A DNA stretch of 63,778 bases, counting the filler, from Chiloscyllium plagiosum (taxonomy: Eukaryota): assembly GCF_004010195.1 (NCBI RefSeq). It is 4 parts of one record of this genome, joined end to end, with 100 filler letters (N's around TTAATTAATTAA, not from the genome) between each part and the next. Parts side by side here need not be neighbours in the genome. Positions count along the whole stretch, not along the records: positions 1 to 23,403 come from NC_057714.1; positions 23,504 to 38,946 come from NC_057714.1; 2 more parts are not named here. One strand, 5' to 3'. Each line of letters opens with the position of its first letter. The stretch's first letter is position 1. This document shows, piece by piece, positions 12,166 to 25,474 of the stretch. Made by a program: the position numbers and the translations under genes. A model generated the notes under the pieces. That model was given only the letters and a program-made list of their open reading frames with translations, had not been told where the DNA came from and searched no databases.

Positions 12166-15100
12166 CTAAAAACAGTTCTTCTCCAACTTGCAAGCCCATA
12201 AAGTTCCAATTAGTGTTTAAGTAATCTGAGGAGATCAGTGGATTAATGAGGATAATGTCGTTGTCATGTATATGAACTTTTAAAAGATGTTGATAAAGTA
12301 CTCCACAATCACTGGACTACTTTGTTACCTATTCAAATAGCAAAGAAAATTATACTGAAATTCTCTGAGGTCTTTTTTTTTCTCTCTCAAACTTCAAGTT
12401 TTCACACTTTTATTAAGGATTTGTTGTGTTGGACAAGGGTTAATTGGATTCTAAATGTCTCCCTTTGTGGTTGATGCTGAATTAACACATCAGCCTGTCT
12501 GCTGTTTTGGATGAAGTGAATCTACAAGGACAGTCATGTGAGTTCCGGAGCCATATTGAGGGATTCTGTATCTATTTCTCACTAGATTTTCTGACTTTAA
12601 GTATACAATATTATAATTAGAGTCATACCAATCTTCTAACAAAGGTTCTTCCACTCCAGTGGAAAGCTGCAACGCTATTTCAGAGCGAAAATGTCCAGTA
12701 CGTGATGACAGAGGGCCAAGAATCTGTAACATTGACCAAATGAATACCTCCCTGGGGACAGGAGCTTCAACAAGTGATCAGTGGAGGGAATATGAGTCAA
12801 AGGTCCTATGAAGTTAACTACTCTTGTAGAAGTAGGAACATCACTCTGATGTTTGAGTCCTGATGCCTCCTGAGCCAATGGCCAGGAGAAATTGCATCTC
12901 CATCTTTCAACTCCAGCTCTACTTGTTCATTTTTCAATTGATGTTTCACCGGGTATGTTGCCCACTTCCTCACTAACTGTTTCTTGCCTGTGTGAGACTT
13001 CTGGCTATTATTTCAGAGCAATCGATGTTCGCAGCAAACATATACTTGGATCAGCAAATTGGATATATCAGAAGGTGGAGAAACTGGTGAGTTCTCAGAA
13101 TAAATACAGTGCTGGAAAAAGTCTGGCAGCATCTGCAGAGGGAGAAACAGAGTTAATGTTTTGAGTCCAATGATTTTTCTTCAGAACAGTCCTTCCTGTT
13201 CCCGATGTTAATTGATACACTCCATTGTGACAAGAAAAGAAGAGGGGTTAAATAAATACATGCACTTTCAGAAAAAAAGAGTAAGCTTAAACATTTATAA
13301 TATGTTGAGATTGAAGTTTTAATTGAGCAACAGGAACGTAGGTGTATCATGGCCAATTCGACCCACTCCTCTCTGCCTATTTCCCTGCTTCCTCACATGT
13401 TTGTCCAAGAGTTACGGGGTTCTTTTCCCTTGAAATGAGTGAGAGATTTGTGGATTCTGGGTCCACTATCTCAGGCAGTTCTTATTCTTTCAATGTAAGC
13501 TATGTCACCTTTTAAGAGCAAAATACTAATATGAAGGCCTTTGGCTCGCTCAAATTTGCTGGCCTGTATTTTAAGCTGTTGCATCTGCATTGGATTTTCT
13601 TCTTCCCCCACAGAGGTGAGCCTGTAGTTGATGATGCAAATAATGCTGCAAGCCTGTACTCAGTATTAAAACTAAGCTGACCCAGGAAATGAAGCAGGGT
13701 CAGAACAAGATCACAGATTCTATAGTGTGGTAATCCTGCCACAGGAAAATCTAGCCCTTTCAACTCATTGGATATCTGAATATGCAATCTTTAAAAAAAA
13801 TTCAATTTTCTACACTCCTGGTTTGCCTTGGATTGATTTATTGCAGAGATGTACACTTATATTTGATATGTCCCGGTGTTGAAATATTGGGACGAGAGAA
13901 CAGCGGATGAAACCACACTTAGTGAAAGCACGGAGGGGGTCAATCTCTCATGATTTCCCAAGTTGCCATTATTTACTAATAGGAAACTCCCTGCTCGGAT
14001 TGGGCCTGTCAGCAGGAGCTCACTGCCTGCAGTCAGGTCAGGAAATTGTGCACTTTGGCAATCCTTAAAGTGCAACGACTGCTGACTAAATGGAGTGTGT
14101 ATTACTTGTTTAGCTGCAAACAATGACACTTATGAGACATCTGCAAAATGTTGCAAGTCACTGATACCCCAAATGAAGGTGCTTCTAAAATAAGGGCAGG
14201 GGAAAAAAAGGTTTCCATAGTACTTTCCCCTCTGGAGAACTGCACACTCAGCTTCGAAAGATCTGTCCTAATGAGTTAAAGATGTGTCCAGTGCCCAAAG
14301 GACAAAGGAACAGATGAAATAAAGTTTAATAGACTCAGGAAGTCTGTCGAATTAAGGACATGCCGTCTTTCCTAAAATCATGGGTAGAGTATGTAGGCCA
14401 TAAAGTTTACACCAGAGCTGAGGTTATATGCTTCCCCCTCAGAAAACTGTTCTGGGCAAGGGTGCATCCTATACCATAGCATTTTACCATTGTCATTTCA
14501 AACTGGATCTGTTGTCAAATTGAGATTTTGGGAGGTGAGTCATTTATTTTCTAACAAGCAAAAGATAGAGGCTGTACACAGGTGATTTCTTTTCAAACTT
14601 GCATCAACTTTATCTCATTTTTAAAGGAAAGACGCTCTTTCAAAGAACTGGCACATGTGCACAATAGACTGAAAGGCCTTCTGTGTGTGCTTTTCTATAA
14701 TTCTGTGTGTGCCCAGCAATGTGAACAGAAACAAATGGAAGAAGGGAGTGAAAAAATGTGTTTCTTTGAACAGACTCATGGTGAATATTCTGAGGCAGAA
14801 GAAAACTCAGGCAGTGAATCAGGCTGAAGCTAGAAGTCACTCACAAGTTGATGGCTGGAGCAATCAGTATTCTTTTTCACTCACATTATATACAGTCCTG
14901 TTTGTGATCATAATACACATGTTACTTATATAAATAGTGTCTAAAAGAATTGTTTCCACAGGACATTTCTAACATACATTGGTCATCGGTTTCTGTGGAT
15001 AACCTGAAGGACCAGCCTCCTGGTGTAACAAATGCATTATTACACAGCATCCTGGGTCATCAGTCTAACCACAGCAACTACCTGAATAGATACATCAAGC

Positions 15101-15919
15101 CTGAGGAATGTAGATAAGATGTTCCAATAAAGTATTTGAGATAAAACACAGATGATTAGCAACTTGCTGAGTACAACATTAATCAGCCTCACCTGAAAGA
15201 ATTAGAATCTCACCAGGCCTTACTTTAAGTGACTTTAAGTGAAGTAAGATATTTCAGCTGCAAAGTATTTAGCTGTCATTTTATTGCCAAGAAGGACATG
15301 GCAATAAATGTGGAGACATCCACTACAGTAAGGCTGTGCATGACCACAGTTCTGAACAGTTATTGACAATAGAGTACATTTAATTTTAGGAAGACTTGCA
15401 TCAGATGTCTATGATACTGAGACCTTTCAGATAGTTTGGGAACTTTTGTAAAATGTTTACACTTTACCATAAAACTCTTGATCTCCAAAATTCTTGTTTG
15501 GCTTCATCATGGTGGGCTTCATAACCCTCCTTGCTATTTGGATGTCTGCTCAGACAGGTGTCCAGGCATGCTGCTGAAATGTGAATGCAATCAGCTGTTA
15601 TCTTTTGGGGAAGAAAACTCTATCTGAATCAGCCAGCCCCTCATGCTCAAACAATCGTACATGTGATTTTAAAATGTGCAGATGCTCTGCAGAATGCAAT
15701 AAACTATCAAAGTTTGGATAATCTGCTCTGCTGAGCTGTAAGACATCACTGATCTGCAGCTATCTTAGGAATTGGTTGAAGAATGTTGAATCAGATCATA
15801 CATCTGTGAATTTGACCCAACCATGACCTCTGCCCAATATTAAAAGTTATTAAATATACAATGAGAACAGTGCCGTGTCAATAGACTAGAGACCACCATT
15901 GGCACACTGAAGTGGGATT

Positions 15920-15933
15920 GTTGCTATGGCAAC
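15920..15933. promoter_or_regulatory. RFX X-box consensus match GTTGCTATGGCAAC
   Basis: Exact fit to the GTTRCYATGGYAAC consensus. Function is not shown. Confidence 0.45.
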
Positions 15934-17057
15934 AAAACAGGAGGGAGCTCAAAGTTGGAGATTCAGAAGAATTCAAGACTATGAACCAAAAAGATAGATT
16001 TTATGCCTTGGCTAAGAACAAGGCTTAAAAAGATCAGGAATTGAGGGCTAATATTAGGGAATATTCCCACCATGGGATCTTGTCTCCCTAAAAAGGCTCT
16101 GACCTCATCAGTTAGAGAAACATTGAGGCATAGATTCATAACTTCTAATTTTTGAAACAAAATATTAAGTTCACAACAAATCTTTGCTACTATAAATGTG
16201 TTAATCTTTGAGATATTTAGAATATCAATAGCCGAAACTGTGAAAGCTTCATGTTGTGCCACTAACAGAATAGATCTCAGATGAAAAAGCTATCAATCAG
16301 ACAATGTTTTCTCTTGGATGCAGATGTTTAATGAGACTAATGGATATCTTTGTTCTCAGCCTTGGCTCATTATACATTCTTTACTGCTGTTTCATAACAG
16401 GGCTTGGATCAGTTCCAAATATAGATACATAGAAGAAAGTAGGAAAATGGACAGCTTGCTGGGTCCTACTTCCCTTCTATATAGAGGAGGATGATGGCTG
16501 CATTCTTCAGCAGGGACAATCAAAGTACATTCAATATCAGGATGGTGAGATAGCAGAAGGCCACACCACTGCTCTCTTGCTGTTTTCAATAAATTTTCCA
16601 CCCACTACAGGAAGAAGTAGCAGAGGAACATCAAGGTCCAATTATTAAATTGTAATCTGAGATATCATAATGGACATATACAATTAGTTCCCTTTTATCA
16701 TGTCCTTTCTGGTCTGGATTAGGCTGATTAGGCATTGCAATTTCATGCTGGTAAAATGAACAGACATCACATCTTTCAGAACAAAGTTGTGGAATAATAT
16801 CTGTATTTAATAAATGCACAAAATGCATTGTAATATTTAAATTATTATTGCAAATTTTACACAAAATCACTTTATTCTAACCTTAAAATTACTATGACCA
16901 GTCCCGAGGCAAGGTTTCCCAAGTCATTGTAGTTCAGATGGAATACACTAAACTGTTAAACACCCATGTGAGAGGGATGAACTGGCTCACCTCCTTTATT
17001 CACCCATCCTTACATTTGGTTGCAACAAGTGTAGTTTGAAAAGTATCCCCTCCATTA

Positions 17058-17387
17058 TAGAATCCCTACAGTGTGAAAGCAGGCCATTCGGCCCATTAAG
17101 TCCACACCAACCCTCCAGAAAGCATCCCACTCAAACCCATCCCCCTACCTTATCCCTGTAACCACACATTTCCCATGGCTAATCCACCTGGCCTGCATGT
17201 CCCTGGATGACTATGGGCATTTTAGCTTGGCCAATCCACCCACCTATACATCTCTGGACTGTGGGAGGAAACCCACACAGACATGGGGAGATTGTGCAAA
17301 CTTTAAACGTAGACAGTTACCCAAGGGTGGAATCAAACCTGGGTTCCCGGCCTTGTAAGGCAGCAAGACAAACCACTGTGCCACACA
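17058..17387 (-). mobile_element. HE1/V-SINE (diverged)
   Basis: Reverse complement shows the tRNA-like head, V-domain and LINE-like tail. Confidence 0.75.
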
Positions 17388-17881
17388 TGGATACTTTTCT
17401 TTCAGATCTAAATAATCTTGTGCTTTAAAAGGAGCCAATTTAACCAGACTTCCTTGAATTAACGGAGTGATTTGATTCATCAGAGAGAATTAGTAACACA
17501 CCACACATACACACAGATTAGAATTAAGAGGTGAGTCCAAAAAGATTAAGGTTTAAAAAAAAATGTATACATCAGTCTCAGAATTGTTCATCAATTGCAG
17601 ATATATAACCATTGTGGCCATTGTATTGGAAGTTATCGGTGGCACTTATGTTTGGAGCTAAGCAGATGATTTTTGAGATTTGTGGTTTTATAGGCTGATT
17701 GAAGTTCTTTTGCCCTGATTCTTTTTCAAACTGGTTTACAGCACTCAGAATTAGGGAGAGTCTTTACCTGAAACACAGAGGTAACTACGGGATAGTTTAT
17801 TGACTGTGGCCTTCATAACACAATAACACTCAAATCCAGAATAGTACATTGTGGTAATATAATAGATGATGGTGGATGTAA

Positions 17882-18180
17882 AGGGTGGCACAGTGGCTCA
17901 GTGGTTAGCACTGCTGCCTCACAGCGCCAGGGACCTGGGTTCGATTCCTGCATTGGCCGACTGTCTGTGTGGAGTTTGCACATTCTCCCTGCGTCTGCGT
18001 GGGTTTCCTCCCCCATCCAAAGATGTGCAGGTTAGGTTAGTTGGCTGTGCTAAATTGCCCATAGTGTTAGGTACATTGGTTAGGAGAATGGGTCTGGGTG
18101 GGTTACTTTTCGGAGGGTCGGTGTGGACTTGTTGGGCTGAGGCGCCTGTTTCCACACTGTAGGGAATCGTATTGAATCTA
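17882..18180 (+). mobile_element. HE1/V-SINE
   Basis: ggtggcacagtggctcagtggttagcactgctgcctcacagcgccagggacctgggttcgattcc followed by the V-domain tgtgtggagtttgcacattctcccc. Confidence 0.9.
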
Positions 18181-18189
18181 AAAATCTGA

Positions 18190-18345
18190 AACAAAAACAG
18201 ATATTGCTGGAGAAACTCACCAGTCTGCAACATATTTTCATGTAATCAATTCTGAAGAAGGGTCACTGGACTTGAAACATTAATTGATTTCTCTCCATAG
18301 ATGTTGCCAGACCTGCTCAGTTTTTCCAGTAATTTCTGTTTTTGT
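18190..18345 (+). mobile_element. Miniature fold-back PLE derivative with a hammerhead motif at 18252-18281
   Basis: Inverted ends (caaaaacagatattgctggagaaactc / cagtttttccagtaatttctgtttttg); CTGAAGA-AGGGTC-ACTG-GACTT-GAAA. Relatives at 13095-13190 (-) and 28745-28860 (+). Confidence 0.7.
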
Positions 18346-19989
18346 GTGATAAATGCAAGAGTGTACAGTCCCACTAGTTCACTCCAGTAGAATGGAATCT
18401 GGCTTTTTAATTTTCTTTGTATATTCCTGCAGGATGAAGCCTGCAAGAAATGGTTTTCTGCCAAGAGAGCTAGTTCACTCTATCATTATCTCTTCTTATG
18501 TTTTCTCTTGTTTGAAGGTTCCCAGATCATTTACATGTGTAGTTTGATGAGCTTCACACAGGACCTTGATAGACACTTAATTCCACAATTTTTCTATTGC
18601 AGAGCTCTTTTCTAAAAACAATGCATTTTGGAATTTAAAATAAATCATTTTATAAATGTTTCAGGGTCTGATCCATTGTCACAGCAAAGACCAACCAGAA
18701 GATATGGATCTGCTCCCAGATTTTGGCCTCCCTTGCCCATTGCAAAACAGCATGTAGAAGTGAATAGTAAGCCTCAGTTTCAGTGGCATCCTCTGGTAAC
18801 TCCCACTGTTGGTAATTATTCCATCATGAAGTTTGGTAGTGAGCATCTGCAGTGAGCTATATAAAAACAAGTGGTCTCAATGAGAAGTAAAAGCAGCAAA
18901 ATACAAAAGGGATGGCTGACCCACTGCCACTACTTTCCAATCTTCTTCTTAGCTTAAACTCCTGACACTAGAGACCAAGCTTATGAATCATGTCCATACT
19001 GCTTCCTGTTTTCTGAGTGTTCTATATTGTATGTCAGGAATGTTAGGATAAAAGTTATGTAGCTTCTAAATATATGAAAGATTTAATATGTAGCATTTTA
19101 GATTGTTATTACTTTATTGTTTTATGGCTAAAATCCAGATTCTGAGTGCATTATCGCAGTACAGCTATCATTAAGTTTGTAAGGGTTTAAATTTTGTGAA
19201 AATGTTTTTCATTACATAAACTTGACATTATAAAGTTAACCTTACTCAAAAATGTTGGATAGAAGACGTTTTGTTAAGGATACATGAAAGCAATTCCTTC
19301 TTCTTTTGGTATTGTTAAAGAGCTCCTAATAATAAACAAGAATGAGTTTTCTGGGTGATTAAGGTGGTCTAAGGTACACACTGAAGTAAAAGCAAATTAC
19401 CGTGAATTCTGAGTAATTAATAAAAAGGAATTCTGGAAAATATGCACAAGGGGGCTGGGACCATCTGTGAGAATAAGTAAATGTTTTGAGGAGAATATGT
19501 TTGACAGGTTATAATCCTAAATCCATCTGTTGAATGATAAACTTTGAATAATCTCAGTGATAGTTGACCTTGCGAAACAGATTCAGGAGAAACCAGTGAA
19601 CTTACACAACTACCTCCACTCCTGTCACCTCAGTAAAACTCCTTTATGCACTTGTGTAGAGAAACAAATAATGCTGCACATAAGTGGGAAATGCCCCATC
19701 TACACACTAAGTGACACACTAATTGCCTTAAACTAGACAAATAAAAAGACTATTACATGGCTCTAGGGATATGTATTTGCTAAATAAATAAACAAAATCT
19801 AAAATCCAAATAAAACATATAGTGAGTGAAATAAAAGGCTGATGGCTGGAGTGTCCAGAAACAATAAGAATTTTGTGATGTTAAGGGTCAATGCATTGTT
19901 ATGTCCATTATTGCAAGTTGCCAGAAATTAGGGAACTAACTGAATTCCTATTGAGCTTCAATGAAAATAGGTAAAAGAAACAGAGACTG

Positions 19990-21170
19990 AATGAAGAAAA
20001 CTCATAGACACACAGACATTTACAGCACAGAAAGAGGCCAGTTGGACCATGTTAGTCAACAAAGATCTTCCTCCACTAATCCCAATTTCAAACTCTTGGT
20101 CCATAGTCCTGGAGGCTAAGACAACATGTAAATATCTAAACACAGCTTAAATGTTATGAGGGTTTCTGACTCAACCACTCTATTTCAGTCAGTGAGTTTA
20201 GACCCCCACCAGCTGAAAAACATTCTCCTCAACTCCCTTCTTCGTCTTCAACATCTCTTACCTTAAATCTCCCAGCTATTGACATACTCCAAATGGAAAA
20301 TGTGTCCTCCTATCTATCCTATTCATACCCGTTATAATCTTCTACACTTCTATCCGATCCCTTCTCAGCCTTTGCTGCTCCAAGGAAAACCAGCCTATCT
20401 AGTCTTCCCTCATAGCCCAGAGGCAGTATCCTGGCAAGTCTCTCTGCACCCTCTCTAATACAATCACATCCTTCCTGTAATGTGGTGACCAGAATTACAT
20501 GCAGTGCTCTGGTGGTGACCAACCCAGTGTTTTATACAGTTCCAGCAAAGCTTGCTCTTTTATTCGATCCTAAACAACTAAATCCCACATATCTTCTTAA
20601 CCAGTTTATCTACCTGCCCTGCTACCTTCAGGGATCTGTGAATAAGCACACCAAGGTCTTCTAATCCAGTATATTTCAGGATCCTACCATGCATCTTGCT
20701 TTGTTAACCATCCCAAGTACATTAGCTCACACTTTCTGATTGAATTCCATTTTCCAGAGCACTGTCAATGTGACAGTTTATAGCTATCCTTCTCACTATT
20801 TACCACCCTGCCAATTTCCCTGTCATCTGCAAACTTCTTGGTCATTCCCTCTATATTTAAGTCCAATCATTAATGTACACCACAAATTGCATAGGCCCTT
20901 GCACCTAGCCCTGTGGAACCACAATGGAAACAGGTTTTCAATCACATCCCTCCAATATCATCCCTTGCTTTATACCTCACCAACAATTTTAGATCGAAGG
21001 CACTACTCCACCTTGTATCCCATGGGTTTTTATTTCCTTGTCCAGTCTGCCATAAAGGACCTTACCAACAGTCTTACTAAAGTTCATGTAGACCCCATCA
21101 ACTATATTACTCTCATCAAAACTCGTAGTTACCACCTCAAAAACTTAAATTAACCTGTAAAACATGACCA
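19990..21170 (-). mobile_element. Decayed CR1 LINE (RT to 3' end)
   Basis: Reverse complement resembles CR1 RT motifs (VYMDF.K.FDKV, FADD-like) and the 3' region. Confidence 0.7.
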
Positions 21171-21184
21171 TCTCTGAGCAAAAT

Positions 21185-22015
21185 AGAAGGTTATCTGGGA
21201 ATACAGTGAGATCTTGATCAACTAGGTCTGTGGGCTGAGGCAAATGGAGCTTAATTTAGTTAAATGCAAGGTGTTGCATTGGTAGATCAAACCAGGGCAG
21301 AACGTACACAGTCAATGGTAGGGTCCTGGCAAGTGTTATAAAATAAGGAGATCTAGAGGTATGAGTTCATAGTTCCTTGAAAGTGAAGTCACCGGTAGAC
21401 ATGGTGGTGAAGAAGGCTTACGGCAGTCTTGCCTCGTCGGACAGCGTACTTAGTACAAGAGTTGGGACGTCTTGTTGCAGCTGTATAAGATGCTAGTGAG
21501 GCCACATTTGGAGTAATGCATGCAGTTCTGATCACCCTACTATCGAAAGGATATAATTAAACTAGAAAGAGTGCAGAAAAGATTTACTAGGATGCTACCT
21601 GGACCGGAAGGTTTGAGTTACAAAGAGAAGCTGGATATGCTGGAACTTTTCTTCCTGGAGTGCAGGAGATGGAGGGGTGGCATTATACAGGTCTAAAATC
21701 ATGAGAGGGATAAATAAGGTAGATAGCCAACAGCTTTTTGCCATGGTAGGGGAGTCTAAAACTAGAGGGCTTGGGTTTAAGGTGAGGGGGAAGAGATACA
21801 AAAGGGCCCAGAGTGTGGTGAGTGTCTAGAATGGTCTCCCAAAGGTATTGGTGGAGGCAAGTACAATTTTGTCATTTAAAAAATATTTGGACAGGTGCAC
21901 GGATGGAACAGTTGTGGAGGGATATGGACCAAACGCAGGCAAATGGGACGAGAATAATTGTGAAAACTGGGCAACATGGGCAAGTTGGACCGAAGGGCTA
22001 TAAACCTCTATGACT
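21185..22015 (+). mobile_element. CR1 LINE 3' part
   Basis: LY.MLVRPHLE.CMQF.SPY.RKD-like translation and a CR1 tail. Confidence 0.8.
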
Positions 22016-22205
22016 GGAAATCCATTCTGACTATCCCTGATTCTTGCATCCCTCTTCAAGCCAATATTCTGTCCCTTAGATTTCTTTCTACTAACCTCCC
22101 CACCACTGAGTTTATAAGTCTGGCCTGTAATTTTCTGGTCTATCCTTTTGTCCCTTCGTTAATAATAAGACAACATGAGCAGTCATTCAGTTGCGAAACA
22201 TGCTA

Positions 22206-23403
22206 ACATAGAGTCAGAGAGTCATAGAGATGTATAGCACAGAAACAGACTCTTCGGTCCAACCCGTCCATGCCGACCAGATATCCCAACCCAATCCAGT
22301 CCCACCTGCCAGCACCCAGCCTATATCCCTCCAAACCCTCCCTGTTCAAATACGCATCCAGATGTGTCTTAAATGTTACAGTTGTACTAGTCTCCACCAC
22401 TTCCTCTGGCAGCTCATTCCATACACATACCACCCTCTGTGTGAAAAGGTTGCCCCTTAGGTCTCTTTTATATCTTTCTCCTCTCACTGTAAACCTATGC
22501 CCTCTAGTTGTGGACTCCCCCACCCAAGGGAAGAGACTTTGTCTATTTATCCTAACCACGTCCTTCATGATTTTATAAACCTCTATAAGGTCACCCCTCA
22601 GCCTTTGATGCTCCAGGGAAAACAGCCCCAGCCTATTCAGCCTCTCCCTGTAGCTCAAATCCTCCAACTCTGGAAACAACCTTATAAATCTTTTCTGAAC
22701 GCTTTCAAGTTTCACAACATCTTTCCGATAGGAAGGTGACCAGAACTGCATGCAATATTTCAACAGTGGCCTAACCAATGTCCTGTACAGCCGCAACATG
22801 ACCTCCCAACTCCTGTACTCAATGCTCTGACCAAGCATACCAAACACCTTTTTCACTATTCTATCTATCTGTGACTCCACTTTCAAGGAGCTATGAACCT
22901 GCACTCCAAGGTCTCTTCGTTCAGCAATACTCCCTTGAACCTTTCCATTAAGTGGATAAGTCCTGCTAAGATTGGTTTCCCAAAATGCAGCACTTTGCAT
23001 TTATCTGAATTAAACTCCATCTGCCACTTCTCAGCCCATTGGCCCGTCTGATCAAGATCCCGTTGTAATCTGAGGTAACCTTCTTTGCTGTCCACTACAC
23101 CTCTAATTTTGGTGTCATCTGTAAACTTACTAACTATACATCTTATTCTCACACCCAAATCATTTAGAGTCATAGAGTCATAGAGATGTACAGCATGGAA
23201 ACAGACCGTTCGGTCCCACCTGTCCATGCCGACCAGATATCCCAACCCAATCTAGTCCCAGCTGCCAGTGCCTGGCCCATATCCCTCCAAACTCTTCCTA
23301 TTCATATACCCATCCAAATGCCTCTTAAATGTTGCAATTGTACCAGCCTCCACCACATCCTCTGGCAGCTCATTCCATACACGTACCACCCTCTGCGTGA
23401 AAA
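22206..23403 (-). mobile_element. Two tandem young CR1 (HER1-like) LINE 3' ends (22206-23165 and 23166-23403)
   Basis: ORF 22203..23000 (LYRTLVRPLLKYCMQFWSPSYRKD...TRGH...WNELPEEVV) and SKFTDDTK; (ctctatga)n tails. Confidence 0.92.
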
Positions 23404-23503
23404 NNNNNNNNNNNNNNNNNNNNNNNNNNNNNNNNNNNNNNNNNNNNTTAATTAATTAANNNNNNNNNNNNNNNNNNNNNNNNNNNNNNNNNNNNNNNNN
23501 NNN
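23404..23503. other. Scaffolding gap with artificial six-frame-stop linker (N44-TTAATTAATTAA-N44); the same at 38947-39046 and 56291-56390
   Basis: The identical 100-nt pattern occurs three times. Confidence 0.97.
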
Positions 23504-24535
23504 TTTTTTTTTGCCTTTGTGGTTGCTCAATTCCACCCACACAGACTCCACATCATCCGACGCTATGTCATTCAATATCATAGATTTAATTTTGTTCTTA
23601 ACTAACAAGGCAACCCCACCCCCTTTGCCCACCTCTCTGTCTTTTCGATAAGTTGAAAGACCATGGAGGTTTAACTGCCAGTCCTGATCCCCCTGTAACC
23701 AAGTCTCTGTGATGCCTACTACATCATAATCATTCACTATTATCTGTGCCATTAGTTCATCGGCTTTGTTATGTATGCTACGAGCATTCAGGTAAAGTGC
23801 CTTAATGCTAACTTCCTTATCATTAGAGATGTTGGAAGTCATATGTCCTAAGTTATCCTTGCTTTTTACTGCATTCTCAGTCTGCCTCAATTTTAAATCC
23901 GCCTGGAAACATTCTATCCTGCTGCTTATCTTGCCATTTGACTCCATACTCCCTGTCGCTTTCACTTTCCCTTCCCCCCAACTGAGAAGTTTAAAGTCCT
24001 ACTGACCACCCTATTTATCCTCTTCGCTAGAACATTGGTACCTGATCGGTTCAGGTGGAGACCGTCCCAACGGTACAGATCAGTTCCAAAACTGATGCCA
24101 ATGCCCCATGAAGTGGAATCCCTCTTTCCCACACCAATCCCTTAGCCACTTGTTTACTTCCCTAATTTTCTTATCCCTATGCCAATTGGCACATGGCTCG
24201 GGCAGTAATCCGGATATTATGACCCTTGAGGACCTGTACTTCAATTTCCTTCCTAGTGTTCGATAATCCCCAAACAGGTCCTCTACCCTAGCTTTGCCTA
24301 TGTTGTTAGTCCCAACGTGGACCACAACAACTGGATCCTCCCCCTCCCGCTCCAATATCCTTTCAAGCCGGTCAGAGATGTCCCGAACCCTGGTACCGGG
24401 TAGGCAACACACCATGCGAGACTCCCGATCCGGCTTGCAAAGGATACGATGTGTCCCCCTAATTATAGAATCCCCTATAACAACTACTTGTCTTTTTGCT
24501 CCCCCCCTCCTGAATGACCTTCTGCACCATGGTGC
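23504..24535 (-). mobile_element. CR1 LINE 5' part: ORF1 SGNH/GDSL esterase domain and start of the ORF2 APE endonuclease
   Basis: VVVIGDSIIRG...CCLPG...VVVHVGTNNIG...ISGLLP (esterase); LYLNARSI.NK...VVGITETWL...RKDR..GKGGGVALLV (APE). Confidence 0.92.
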
Positions 24536-25420
24536 AGAAAATGATCTGGATGAAAACATCATTCATCTGATATGTAAGTTTGCAGATGACACAAATTGGT
24601 GAAGTTATGGATAGTGAGGAAGGAAATCCAAGGATGCAGCATGATACAGATCAGCTATAAGGTTGGGAGGAGAAATGGCAGATGGAGTGTTATTTGACAA
24701 GTTTGAGATGATGCATTTTGTGAGGTTAAATCCAAGAGGCAAGTATACTGTAAATGAATGGGAATCTTGGGATCCATAGCTCCCGGGAAGTACCAAAAAT
24801 AGTGGATAAAGTAAAGGCAGTGCACGCCATTCTTGCCTTCGTTGGTCAGGGCATTGAGTATGAAAATTGACAAGTTATGTTCCAACTGTATAAGACTTTG
24901 GTTAGGCAACATTTATGGTACTGTGCGCAGTTTTGATCACTGCACTATCCAAACGTTGCGGAGTCTTTGGAGAAGGTGAAAAACAAAAATTTCCCAGGAT
25001 TGGAATGCATTAGGTATAAGGGGAGGTTGGACAAACTTGGATCGTTTTCACTAGTGTGTCGGAGGGTGGCCTGATAGATAGCGTTGATAGTCAGGGTCTC
25101 TTTCTCAGATAGAAAGAACAAATATTAGGGGGCATAGATTAAGGAAAAGGCGGGGGGGAATGTTTAAAAAGGAGATATGTTAAGAAAGCTGTTTTTGTTT
25201 TTACACAGAGGATAGTGGAGGCTTGGAACACACTCCCAGGGGAGCTGGTAGAATCAAACACGATAGCAAGATGTAAGAGGCATTTGGACAGATACATGAA
25301 CAGGCAGAGAAGAGGGGATTATGGGCTACATACAAGCAGATGGAGTTATTTTAGAATAGTATCAGGTTGACTCAAACATTAATGGACCCAAGGGCCTCCT
25401 GGGCTCTACAGTTCTGTGTA
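24535..25420 (+). mobile_element. Decayed CR1 LINE RT and 3' part
   Basis: ICKFADDT and downstream CR1-like sequence. Confidence 0.8.
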
Positions 25421-25474
25421 AGAAAAACCTTTTTGTCAACAACTGGATTTTCTTTCATCTAGCTTAATTTGACT

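Noticed and set aside
15672..15698. KCADALQNA, resembling the end of SPAG6 exon 2 (ETLQNA)
   Set aside because: No upstream similarity, in-frame disruption and no GT donor at the right position.
22203..23000. 265-aa ORF as a host gene
   Set aside because: CR1 ORF2 C-terminus present in many copies in the window.
23448..23459. TTAATTAATTAA palindrome within N runs (also at 38991-39002 and 56335-56346)
   Set aside because: Artificial scaffolding linker with stops in all six frames; not biological.
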